DNA from: Calditrichaceae bacterium
Lineage (GTDB): Bacteria > Calditrichota > Calditrichia > Calditrichales > JBFXGD01
DNA: 64,000 nucleotides
Assembly (NCBI GenBank): GCA_050173015.1
Contig: JBFXLE010000007.1
Coordinates: forward strand, 64,001-128,000
Reading direction: 5' to 3'
Part shown: piece after piece, positions 7,433 through 16,113 of the stretch
Layout: each line of letters begins with the position of its first letter
Position numbering within the stretch: position 1 is the first letter of the stretch
The notes under the pieces: model-generated
The model's input: the letters and a program-made list of their open reading frames with translations, nothing else
Told to the model about the DNA's origin: nothing
The model's database searches: none
Translations under genes and position numbers: made by a program

Positions 7433-9838
7433 CTATGCTGCTTCCTTATACAATTCTGTTTCAAGTTCTTTAATCATTTTTAGATAGCCGTTTCTACCGC
7501 CAAAAAGTTTGACGATTTCCGCGGGTGTTCCGATTTCACTAAAAGGATCAATACGTAAAACCGCTAAATCTTCGATGTTTTCAATACCTTCCGTTGCGTA
7601 TTTATCAAGCAGGGCATCAATTATATTCCTTGCCTGTTCGCCATATTTAGTAAAGTAATTGCGTTTCTTCACATTTTCAGCCCGTTCGCGCCTTGTCAGC
7701 GCGGGCATATCCCAGGCCACATGACAAATCAGATCAAATAAATCCAAATCCTTTTTAACTTCTTCTTTTAGATTTTCAAGGATAATGCCTTCGGCTTCCA
7801 GTTCATCAATCAACGCTTTTTTCTTTTCGGCGGAATTCCAGCTCGACAAGAATTCATCCAGGCTGCGATATGTTTTAAGGATGTTCCTTTTCGTATAGTC
7901 TTTCAGGCTTTCTGTAATTAATGTACCATCACCATCCAAAAATTGAACACGTTCATTAAGAACTGAAACATCTACTCCCGCCACATAGATCTTATTTCTT
8001 CGTTCAGATACAATTTCTCCGCCTGTAACAGTATGTGGTTCTCCATAATCAGCATTGTTTTCACCCTCAAAGTCAATTTCTTCTCCGGATTCTTCATCTA
8101 TAAAGTCTTCCTGTCCTTCCGGATTTATATCATCATCAGTGAGCGGTTGATCCGCGTCAACTTCTTTGACCATCACCGGATCGCCGTCAAAAGCAGGATC
8201 AGCAAATAAGTCCGTGACATTGCGGAAATCCATAATGGTAAAGTAGGTTTTATCAAATTCTTCATTGATGCGTGTGCCGCGTCCGATGATCTGCTTGAAT
8301 TCGGTCATTGATTGGATATTGGAATCCAGTACAATCAGTTTGCAGGTTTGCGCGTCCACACCGGTCGACATCAATTTGGAAGTGGTGGCAATAACCGGAT
8401 AAGTCTCTTCGGGATTGATAAAATTATCCAGTTCACGTTTTCCTTCATCCTCATCGCCGGTTATGCGCATGACATATTTATAGTTTTCCTGTACCAAATC
8501 TGTATTGAAGTTAGAGATCGCCTGACGCATGCGTTCCGCATGTTCGATATCAACGCAAAAAATAATTGTCTTGTCGAAGCGGTTCGTTTTTGTTAAAAAC
8601 TCAGTAACTTTATTGGCGACTAATTCAGTACGCGGATCGATCACCAAATTGCGGTCATAATCTTTGGTATTATATAACCGGTCTTCTATCAGATTTCCGT
8701 CTTTATCGGTTTTACCTGATTCCGGCCTCCAACCTTCCAAATCCACATTAATTCCAACACGAATCACTTTATATGGCGCCAGAAATCCATCGGAAATACC
8801 TTGTCTGAGAGAATAGGTATAAATAGGATCGCCAAAATATTCTATATTTGAAACATCTCTTGTTTCTTTTGGCGTTGCGGTTAGACCAATATGAGTTGCT
8901 GTATTAAAATATTCCAGAATTTCCCGCCAGGCGCTATCAGCGGACGCGCTTCCACGATGGCATTCATCTACAACGATCAGGTCAAAAAAGTCACGACTAA
9001 ATTCTCTGTAAGCGTCTTTATCTTCATCATAGCTTGTCAAACCCTGATACAGGGCAAGGTATATTTCAAAAGCCTTGTCAATTTGCTTTTTGCGAATAAC
9101 CGTCATGCGCTCTTTGAAATGTTTGAAATCGCCGCGCTTGGTTTGATTGATTAAAGCGTTACGGTCAGCAAGAAACAGAATGCGTTTGGCAGTTCCACTT
9201 TTCCACAGACGATAAATGATTTGAAAAGCCGCGTAGGTTTTACCCGTCCCGGTTGCCATAACGATTAGAATTCTGTTTTGTCCCCGGGCGATGGCTTCAA
9301 CTGTTCTGTTAACTGCTATTTGTTGGTAATAGCGCGGCTTTCTTCCCGAACCGTCAATGAAATAATCATGGGATGAAATACGCTCTTGTTCGCTTGTTTC
9401 AATGCCTTTGAATTTTTTATAGCGGAGCCAGAGTTCTTCCGGAGCGGGAAAATTTTCCAGAGATAACTCTGTTTCGATTTGCCCGGTAGATTTAGTTCGA
9501 TCGTGTTCCAGAAAGCCATCACCATTGGAACTATATGCAACAGGAATATCCAGAATTTCAGCATAATCCAAACCTTGCTGCATACCAGCGCCAACTGAGT
9601 GCTTATTATCTTTTGCTTCAATTACGGCAATTGGAATATTGGATTTGTAGTAAAAAATGATGTCCGCTTTTTTAGCCTTGCCGCGTTTTGTTTTGTTGCC
9701 TTTAACATAAATTCGCCCGGCTGTAAAATAGACTTCCTCCCGAACTTGCTTTTGAATATCCCAACCTGCTTTTTCCAGGTTTGGAATAATATACTTGGTG
9801 ATTATGTCTCGTTCTGTTAAATCTCTTTTTGACGTCAT
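7433..9838 (-). CDS. hsdR: Type I restriction endonuclease subunit R (EcoAI/EcoEI-like)
   Basis: Nuclease ADII..IEAK, Walker A MATGTGKT, DECH box, GLTATP, QIIGRGTR, EcoEI-like C-terminal domain. Confidence 0.95.
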   Translation of the reverse strand: MTSKRDLTERDIITKYIIPNLEKAGWDIQKQVREEVYFTAGRIYVKGNKTKRGKAKKADIIFYYKSNIPIAVIEAKDNKHSVGAGMQQGLDYAEILDIPVAYSSNGDGFLEHDRTKSTGQIETELSLENFPAPEELWLRYKKFKGIETSEQERISSHDYFIDGSGRKPRYYQQIAVNRTVEAIARGQNRILIVMATGTGKTYAAFQIIYRLWKSGTAKRILFLADRNALINQTKRGDFKHFKERMTVIRKKQIDKAFEIYLALYQGLTSYDEDKDAYREFSRDFFDLIVVDECHRGSASADSAWREILEYFNTATHIGLTATPKETRDVSNIEYFGDPIYTYSLRQGISDGFLAPYKVIRVGINVDLEGWRPESGKTDKDGNLIEDRLYNTKDYDRNLVIDPRTELVANKVTEFLTKTNRFDKTIIFCVDIEHAERMRQAISNFNTDLVQENYKYVMRITGDEDEGKRELDNFINPEETYPVIATTSKLMSTGVDAQTCKLIVLDSNIQSMTEFKQIIGRGTRINEEFDKTYFTIMDFRNVTDLFADPAFDGDPVMVKEVDADQPLTDDDINPEGQEDFIDEESGEEIDFEGENNADYGEPHTVTGGEIVSERRNKIYVAGVDVSVLNERVQFLDGDGTLITESLKDYTKRNILKTYRSLDEFLSSWNSAEKKKALIDELEAEGIILENLKEEVKKDLDLFDLICHVAWDMPALTRRERAENVKKRNYFTKYGEQARNIIDALLDKYATEGIENIEDLAVLRIDPFSEIGTPAEIVKLFGGRNGYLKMIKELETELYKEAA

Positions 9839-9940
9839 CGCAAATCCAAAATAATTTACTTACCCGCCATGGACAGCGGGTTAAGAAAGGTAGGTAATTT
9901 TTTAATAACAGACAAAAATATACTCAGAAAATTTAAAAGC

Positions 9941-10070
9941 ATTTAACAGTTAGCATAAGGGGATTTAAACCCCACGGCCAGTAGCTTCAACTTACTAAAT
10001 TTTTCTTCGGTTTAAAAGAAATTCAAAAGAACCGTACGCGTTTAAATTCCCTTTAATGCTTTTGTTATGC
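9941..10070 (-). other. attC-like integron recombination site (130 bp)
   Basis: Minus strand: R'' GCATAAC, 5-bp spacer, L'' CATTAAAG, GGAATTTAAAC ... GTTTAAATCC, L' CCTTATG, 6-bp spacer, R' GTTAAAT; two unpaired extra bases on the R''/L'' arm; begins 1 bp after the GIY-YIG stop. Confidence 0.8.
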
Positions 10071-11003
10071 ATTACTTGAATAAATCAACAACTTCTTTTG
10101 CAGATAACAATTTTTCATAAGAGGTGTATCTCGGGCTCTGCAAAATTCCCTGCTTTGCTCTGCCATATTTTATAGGCCCAATTGGTTTTGCTGGTGCAAT
10201 AAAATTCAATTTATATTTTCCACCATCCCCATAAGGTTCAATAGACTCAACTTCAGCGTAATGCGTCACTGCTGAAATAGGAGCAGTTTGATATGCGGCT
10301 ATGTATTTAATTTCATTTAGTTTTCCACCACCAATTCTAATTGCCCACCAGCAGTTTTCACCAATGAAAACATCTTTAAACCCATCTTCCTGTGCAGGAA
10401 CGATAATAGTATCTTGCAACCCCTTTTTCTTTATTATATTCTGTGGATGAGACGCAACTTCAATTTTCTTGCCCTTTTCAAACACTCTAATTTCAACCAA
10501 AGGCAGAATGCTCAAAATCTCATTAAGAAATTCCTGTGTATCAGCTCGCTCTGCTTCTGTTAATACAGGTTCATTCGGGGTTGCATTATTATCTAATTTT
10601 GATCTGCCAATACTTTTTGCTCTATCAATCAAAGCCCACTCAAGCCAAGTAATGTGTGCCCGATTAAGCCCCCCATTACTTGAGACAAAGATCAAAACTT
10701 TATCCCAGAACTCTTTATTCTTCTCGTGAGAATCAATTCGGTTTCTTACACCGTCCCCCTGACCAATGTAAAGGGTTGGGAGATCATCACCTTCCTGATA
10801 TCCAAAGAGAATATAGGCACCGGCTTGGTCAAGTTCCTTTCTGTTTCTATACTTATCCCAGTTATCTCTTGAAATTTCCAATCCAATACCAGTCCAATTC
10901 ATTTTATCAATAATTTTAAATGTATTTGGGTCCCCATCGGGAACAAATAAACGAATAGTGTAAGGTTTCGACATTTATTTTACCTCAAAATTATAATGCA
11001 TAA
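9947..11003 (-). mobile_element. Integron-type gene cassette carrying the GIY-YIG nuclease gene
   Basis: Starts at G|TTATGC (11004-10998), which is complementary to the attC R'' GCATAAC; single ORF with RBS GAGGT and no room for a promoter; ends in attC. Confidence 0.75.
10072..10974 (-). CDS. GIY-YIG nuclease with a C-terminal putative PUA/EVE-like domain
   Basis: GAYILFG...LYIGQG..VRNRIDSH...WLE; C-terminal DTIIVPA...WWAIRI...YIAAYQTAPISAVTHYAEVESIEP. Confidence 0.8.
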   Translation of the reverse strand: MSKPYTIRLFVPDGDPNTFKIIDKMNWTGIGLEISRDNWDKYRNRKELDQAGAYILFGYQEGDDLPTLYIGQGDGVRNRIDSHEKNKEFWDKVLIFVSSNGGLNRAHITWLEWALIDRAKSIGRSKLDNNATPNEPVLTEAERADTQEFLNEILSILPLVEIRVFEKGKKIEVASHPQNIIKKKGLQDTIIVPAQEDGFKDVFIGENCWWAIRIGGGKLNEIKYIAAYQTAPISAVTHYAEVESIEPYGDGGKYKLNFIAPAKPIGPIKYGRAKQGILQSPRYTSYEKLLSAKEVVDLFK

Positions 11004-11040
11004 CATATTGATTGGACGTCTCAGCTAATTATCATTTTAT
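10998..11040 (-). other. attI-like site 1
   Basis: Minus strand ATAAAATGATAATTAGCTGAGACGTCCAATCAATAT-GTTATGC; non-palindromic, ends in the cassette core site; a second copy lies at 12116-12151. Confidence 0.55.
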
Positions 11041-11365
11041 TCTAAAATTAGAAAAATTAACAATCGTAAACAGTTCACTCCTTCGTTCAACAGAATAAGT
11101 GCCTTTTAAGACACACCGCTGACCATTATGACTTTTTATTGGAATTCCGGCGCAAGATTATATCCATATAATGAGCTGACCTCTATCTGAACCACATTAT
11201 CAACCGTTTGTGTCTGCAATGATTGAAGTAAAAAAATAAAATCGTAATTATTATAAACAAAAGGAATGAAATTTTCAAGGGTGGTTTAACCTACACGTAA
11301 ACGATATACTCCTTTCCCATAGCAATTTTTGTAAACTCCGGGTTTTAATACATTCACTTATTCCC

Positions 11366-11483
11366 AATCCCGAAGGGATTACACGTTAATAGAAAAACAG
11401 ACCCCACATCATCTGCGACCCCGTGGGGGTCGAACTATTACGGCGGAAATCCTATTCTACTAAGCTGTGACACCTCCGGCGTC
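11366..11483. repeat. REP/MITE-like palindrome cluster (IS200/RAYT-associated style)
   Basis: AATCCCGAAGGGATT (11366-11380), CGACCCCGTGGGGGTCG (11416-11432), GACACCTCCGGCGTC (11469-11483). Confidence 0.6.
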
Positions 11484-11581
11484 GGAGTTTCCGGTTTTAA
11501 CCATTGATAATCGTCATACCCTTTTTCTCTTAAAACAGGGTCAATCAAGTAATAATGGGTTTCTGCTTCATTATAGGCCAT
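11438..11581 (-). pseudogene. 5' fragment of a second Type I hsdR, truncated at the REP cluster
   Basis: RBS GGAG then MAYNEAETHYYLIDPVLREKGYDDYQWLKPETP, matching the HsdR N-terminal pattern NEA(D/E)TxxxLIDPxLxxxG(W/Y); frame runs into the palindrome and stops after 47 codons. Confidence 0.65.
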
Positions 11582-11615
11582 TCAATAACTCCAACGTTAA
11601 AAAGAAAAGTATCTT

Positions 11616-11888
11616 TTAGCCACCATAATCTCTTACAAGTTCAAATGTCTTATACCAATAAAAGAATGCCTGCGGATTCGATTTCTTTAATTTGTTTAAA
11701 CGCGTAAAAAATGGTTGAACAGTGGCCCAATCCTTAATTTGAATCGCATTTTCAAATCGTTCCGGCGTGTTTATTTTGAATTTGATCAGCTTGCTCAAAT
11801 AAGCCGCTTTTGCCGCGTGAACAATGGCTTTTTCAATTTGATAGGTATCCGAGAAAATGAAAGCATGTATTTGTGAGATGCCGCTTTG
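11616..11888 (-). pseudogene. 3' fragment of a probable AbiEii-family nucleotidyltransferase toxin
   Basis: Frame QSGISQIHAFIFSDTYQIEKAIVHAAKAAYLS...LNKLKKSNPQAFFYWY, with a stop just upstream and no plausible start at its 5' end; resembles from memory the C-termini of Bacteroidota AbiEii proteins. Confidence 0.55.
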
Positions 11889-12025
11889 CGGTTTTTCTTA
11901 GATACGGAACTTATTCAGTCAAGCTATAATGTATTCATTGAAATCATTTGTAGAAATTACTTAAAACCAGAGAACGCCTTTTTAATCTCGCTAAAATTAA
12001 GTTTCATAATGTTTACAACATACCT

Positions 12026-12062
12026 AATTATTGGCAGCAAATCATTTTAAGTGCCAATAATT
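12026..12062. promoter_or_regulatory. Operator-like inverted repeat
   Basis: AATTATTGGCA-N15-TGCCAATAATT (perfect 11 bp) just upstream of a minus-strand ATG at 12007. Confidence 0.5.
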
Positions 12063-12108
12063 TGAAATTTAAATATATATGGGGGAAATGAAGATCAACT
12101 CCAAAAGC

Positions 12109-12151
12109 AACTAAAATATTGATTAGACGTCTCTGTAAATTATACTTTTAT
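12109..12151 (-). other. attI-like site 2 (degenerate core)
   Basis: 12116-12151 matches 11005-11040 at 30/36 positions; the core reads TTTAGTT instead of GTT. Confidence 0.5.
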
Positions 12152-12216
12152 GCCAATATTGGAAATCCGGCCGAAAATTGTATCCAAATAATGAAAGGAT
12201 GATTAAGGTTGACTGT

Positions 12217-12387
12217 TTCCCGGCCTAAAATAACGTCTCCCCTCTGTATATTTATGCGCCCCTCTTATGATTTACCCTTCCCGCTGCATATTTATGCGCT
12301 CCCGCTAAATTTTTTGGCTTCCCGCTGAATATTTATGCATCCCGTCAGGGGTTTTTAGCTTCCCGCTCCATTTTGACACGTCCCGTC
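12217..12387. repeat. Degenerate 20-21 bp tandem repeat array (~9 units)
   Basis: CCCG/CCCC at 12219, 12239, 12259, 12280, 12301, 12321, 12341, 12362, 12382; CTGnATATTTATGC recurs at 12244, 12284, 12325. Confidence 0.7.
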
Positions 12388-12602
12388 ACGGGTTTGCGGG
12401 ACAAATGCTATCCGGGCCGCTAAAATCTTTCATCGGGACGGAAAAGTTAACCGGTTGGAATTTTGCAACAGATAAAATCATTTACACTATTGATTCGTTA
12501 AGGATCAAATCGTTCGATTTTGATTGACTTAGTGAATGCTAATAACTTAACTTGTCACCTTCTAAAATAATGTACAGTTTAAAATAAAGGCGGGGATCAA
12601 TA

Positions 12603-14849
12603 ATGCCGGGTACAGTTCTGATTATCACAGGGGTTTTGGCCACCATTGTTTCAATTTACCAGTACTTTCTGGTCACCAAAGAAGAATCGATACCTCTGAA
12701 AAAGAGAAAAAACACAGACGCGCATCTCCGGATCGCGCGTTTGAGTTATTATATAATGACCTTCGCTGTTAGTTTGGCGTCCGTCTATTTATTCTATCTT
12801 ATTTTTTCACACCAGTTTCAATTTAAATATGTGTACAGCTATACCTCCCGTGATCTGCCCACAGGATTTTTGTTTTCCGCCTTCTGGGCCGGACAGGAAG
12901 GATCTTTCCTTTTATGGGCGCTGCTTATCGCTTTGATGGGCGCCGCCTTTATAAAAACCGCGAATCATCTTGAAGCCCGATCCATGTTGGTTGTGAATCT
13001 TATTCAGGGATTCTTTCTGGTGATTCTCGTGAAAGCCAGCCCCTTTGCCGTCATGGCGCAAACACCGCCGGACGGAGCGGGATTAAATCCGCTTTTGCAG
13101 AACTTCTGGATGGTTATTCATCCGCCGGTTTTGTTCGTCGGATATGCCGCGGCATCATTCCCCTTAGCGCTTGGTTTAGCGGCGCTGATGAAAAAAGAAT
13201 ACGACGGCTGGGTTAAATTGGCGCTTCCCTGGGCCGCCTTTACTTCCCTAACTCTGGGAGCGGGTATCATTCTTGGCGCGTTCTGGGCCTATGAGACACT
13301 CGGATGGGGCGGATACTGGGGCTGGGATCCCGTTGAAAATTCATCTTTAATTCCCTGGTTAACCACTCTCGCGCTGATACACAGTCTGATCGTTCAGAAG
13401 ATGAAAGGCTCACTCAAAAAAACAAATTTTGTTCTTGTGATCATTACCTTTATTCTGGTGATTTACGCGACATTCCTTACGCGAAGCGGTGTGCTTTCCG
13501 ATTTTTCGGTTCACTCTTTCGCCAACCTGGGCATCAACAATTATCTGATTGTGTTTATGTTGACCTTTTTACTGCTCGGTTTCGGTATATTTTTAATGCG
13601 CAGGAATGATATTCCGTTCGTGGCGATTGATAAAGCGTTCGCCAACCGTGAAAACGGGTTGTTTGTAAGCATTTATGTTTTTCTCGCTTTCGCCTTCCTG
13701 ACATTTATCGGGACATCGTCCCCTATTATAACCGGATTTCTGAGCACCCCTTCACAGGTGAATATCAGTTTTTACAATCAGGTCAACCTTCCCGTGGCGA
13801 TTATTATGGCGCTGCTTCTGGGCATCATCCCTTGGCTGACATGGATTGAGCACAACAACACCGATATCATCAGGCGTTCGCTGCCTTCTCTGGTTTTTGC
13901 GATGGTCGCGGGAATCACCGCCTATGTGTTTGGTATCAATAAACCATTAATGCTTATATTCATTGTCACGGCAGCCTTCACCACCTGGACCAATATCTTT
14001 GTGATTTTTAAGCAGTGGAAAAAGGGATGGCAGAATACCGGCGCGCCGGTTTCCCATTTTGGCATCGGGATCATGATGATCGGTATCGTTGTCTCCGGTT
14101 CACTTGACAAGACGGACCGGCTGTTTTTGACCCAAAATCAACCGACAAACGTACTGGGTTATGAACTAACCTATCTTGGTATATCCGAGAAAGAAGACGG
14201 TAAATCGGTTGTTAATATCAAAGTCAGAAATGAAAGTGAAGAATATACCGCTCAGCCGAGACTCTATTTCAGCCCGAAAAATAACGGCATGATGCGTGAA
14301 CCGGATGTTCGGCCCGGATTTATAGAAGATTTGTATATCTCTCCCCTGGAGAGACAGATTTCCGCCGCGGCGTCAGCGGATCATTCCATGATCATCAAAA
14401 AAGGCGAGAGTAAAATTGCCGGCAATTATAAAATAGAATTTGTCGAATACGATATGAACAGCCATTCCGAATCAGGTAATATGAATATCGGCGCTGTCCT
14501 GAATATTTCGAACGGGTCCTCAGCGATTAAGGCGGTACCGGTCATGGAGATGAGCGCGCAGGGACGGAGACCTATCCCGGCGGCAGTACATTTGGAATCT
14601 GATGGCGGTGAGCCGGCTCACGCGACCGTCTCACTGATCGGAATAAACGCGAGCAACAAGACCGTAGAGTTGTCTATAAAAGGTTTCCCCGGGATGTCGC
14701 ATGCTTCGGTCGCCCCGGCGGAAAAGCTCGTTATTGAAATCAGTATAAAACCGTTCATGACGATTCTTTGGATCGGTACCATCATCATGATGACCGGCGG
14801 GCTTATTTCGGTATTAAAAAGATCTAAAGCGGCCGGTTCAACAGATTAA
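12603..14849 (+). CDS. ccmF: Cytochrome c biogenesis heme lyase CcmF/NrfE
   Basis: WAGQEGSFLLW, GLNPLLQN, IHPP, WAYETLGWGGYWGWDPVEN, TRSG..SVHSF. Confidence 0.92.
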   Translation: MPGTVLIITGVLATIVSIYQYFLVTKEESIPLKKRKNTDAHLRIARLSYYIMTFAVSLASVYLFYLIFSHQFQFKYVYSYTSRDLPTGFLFSAFWAGQEGSFLLWALLIALMGAAFIKTANHLEARSMLVVNLIQGFFLVILVKASPFAVMAQTPPDGAGLNPLLQNFWMVIHPPVLFVGYAAASFPLALGLAALMKKEYDGWVKLALPWAAFTSLTLGAGIILGAFWAYETLGWGGYWGWDPVENSSLIPWLTTLALIHSLIVQKMKGSLKKTNFVLVIITFILVIYATFLTRSGVLSDFSVHSFANLGINNYLIVFMLTFLLLGFGIFLMRRNDIPFVAIDKAFANRENGLFVSIYVFLAFAFLTFIGTSSPIITGFLSTPSQVNISFYNQVNLPVAIIMALLLGIIPWLTWIEHNNTDIIRRSLPSLVFAMVAGITAYVFGINKPLMLIFIVTAAFTTWTNIFVIFKQWKKGWQNTGAPVSHFGIGIMMIGIVVSGSLDKTDRLFLTQNQPTNVLGYELTYLGISEKEDGKSVVNIKVRNESEEYTAQPRLYFSPKNNGMMREPDVRPGFIEDLYISPLERQISAAASADHSMIIKKGESKIAGNYKIEFVEYDMNSHSESGNMNIGAVLNISNGSSAIKAVPVMEMSAQGRRPIPAAVHLESDGGEPAHATVSLIGINASNKTVELSIKGFPGMSHASVAPAEKLVIEISIKPFMTILWIGTIIMMTGGLISVLKRSKAAGSTD

Positions 14850-14864
14850 ATGGGGCTCTGCCGG

Positions 14865-15395
14865 TTATTTTAACAACTCGGCGATCAGCATTACCGCGAC
14901 ACTGCAGATCAGACCGACAATAAAAGACATATAAGCAAGGCGGATAAAGCGGTATTTTTTATCCGCCAAAAATTTTCCGAGCGTATAAATTTCTCTGATT
15001 TGCAGTTCATAACTTTTGGAAGGATCATTCATTGCTTCTTCCATGGCATTTTCAAATTGTCTGTAGTCAAGCCGAACAAAGTTGCCAAAAAACAGCAGAT
15101 TAAATTCGGGGTCATTAACATCCGGAGGTTTTCCCTGTTTAATGGGCACTCGTACCTTGGGCATAACCGTATAAACCGCGAGAACCAGCGTCACGAGACA
15201 AAAGGCGATCAAGACCATCGCCGCCCACTTTAAATCGGGATCCGTTACATACCTGGCCGAAAGTGTGATCACCACCGACGCCATAGTCATAAGAATATTC
15301 GCCTTGAGATCGGCCATTGAACTGAGCTGCACATGATGGTTTCTTGTCTGTCGAACTAACTGATCAAGGTGAGCGCCCGCATGATGAATCTTCAT
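14865..15395 (-). CDS. Pycsar effector-like transmembrane protein (DUF5706/PycTM-like), standalone
   Basis: NHHVQLSSMADLKANIL, three hydrophobic helices, NLLFFGNF, EIYTLGKFLADKKYRFIRLAY; start taken at 15395 after GGGGG. Confidence 0.75.
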   Translation of the reverse strand: MKIHHAGAHLDQLVRQTRNHHVQLSSMADLKANILMTMASVVITLSARYVTDPDLKWAAMVLIAFCLVTLVLAVYTVMPKVRVPIKQGKPPDVNDPEFNLLFFGNFVRLDYRQFENAMEEAMNDPSKSYELQIREIYTLGKFLADKKYRFIRLAYMSFIVGLICSVAVMLIAELLK

Positions 15396-15535
15396 AAATC
15401 CCCCCATAAAAATAGTTTCCAAGGTCATTGTGTTTTGCGTAATTTAACAAAATCTTTTAAAAATTGTAACTACGTTGAATTTTTCATCTCTAACTAATTC
15501 AAGATTATTTTTCTATAACATAAGGAGTCAGAACA

Positions 15536-15922
15536 ATGGGATATCATTTTAGCAAGGAAACAGAGTACGGTTTTCAGGAAGCTATCGATCTTATTACCAT
15601 GAAGCTCAAAGAAGCCGGTTTCGGAATCATTACCGAGATAGATATTACAAATACATTCAAAACCAAACTGAATGTGGATTTCAGAAATTATCGCATTTTA
15701 GGCGCCTGTAATCCGGCGAACTCTTACAAAGTTTTACAACATGACGACAAAGCCGGTACAATGCTGCCTTGCAATGTGGTTGTACAGGAAAAAACAAACG
15801 GTAAAACGGAAATTACTTTTATTGACCCGATCGCCTCATTCAAGGCTGTGGAAAATAAGGAAGTGCAGAAAATCGTTTCTGAAATCAGTAAAACGATGAA
15901 ATCTGTTTTTGAACAAATATAA
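15536..15922 (+). CDS. DUF302 family protein
   Basis: GFGIITEID, YRILGACNP, MLPCNVVV. Confidence 0.9.
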   Translation: MGYHFSKETEYGFQEAIDLITMKLKEAGFGIITEIDITNTFKTKLNVDFRNYRILGACNPANSYKVLQHDDKAGTMLPCNVVVQEKTNGKTEITFIDPIASFKAVENKEVQKIVSEISKTMKSVFEQI

Positions 15923-16113
15923 ATAATTTTCAGAAAAAATCTCGTTATATCCTATTTTAAAATTTTTTAACCGGCGATTCCAAATCATCTTCAGATGAAG
16001 TTAAAAGATTCGTATAGGGTATTTCCCGCCTTATTTGCATCGTTCTTTTTAAACCTTTAAATTTTGAGCAATTATAATCATTATATTTGAAGACGCACGC
16101 GAAGAAAGGCCTT

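Noticed and set aside
7348-7464. 39-aa N-terminal extension of GxxExxY copy 3 in the ORF track
   Set aside because: It reads through hairpin H4 and overlaps the hsdR end; copies 1 and 2 start at the equivalent MNENE.
1856-9946. Type I R-M operon as one giant integron cassette starting at GTTAAAT
   Set aside because: No matching ATTTAAC-initiated attC is visible downstream of hsdS; only short REP-like palindromes.
12038-12058. Sigma-54 promoter TTGGCAC...TTGC on the minus strand
   Set aside because: The spacing is about 10 bp instead of 5; better explained as one arm of the inverted repeat.
12217-12387. Mini-CRISPR reading of the 20-21 bp repeats
   Set aside because: The period is too short, the repeats are degenerate, and there is no repeat-spacer structure.
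11040-12600. Integron integrase gene or remnant
   Set aside because: No ORF or recognisable tyrosine-recombinase motif seen on either strand.
12603-14849. ccmF without adjacent ccmA-E
   Set aside because: Split ccm loci are common; cannot be judged from one window.
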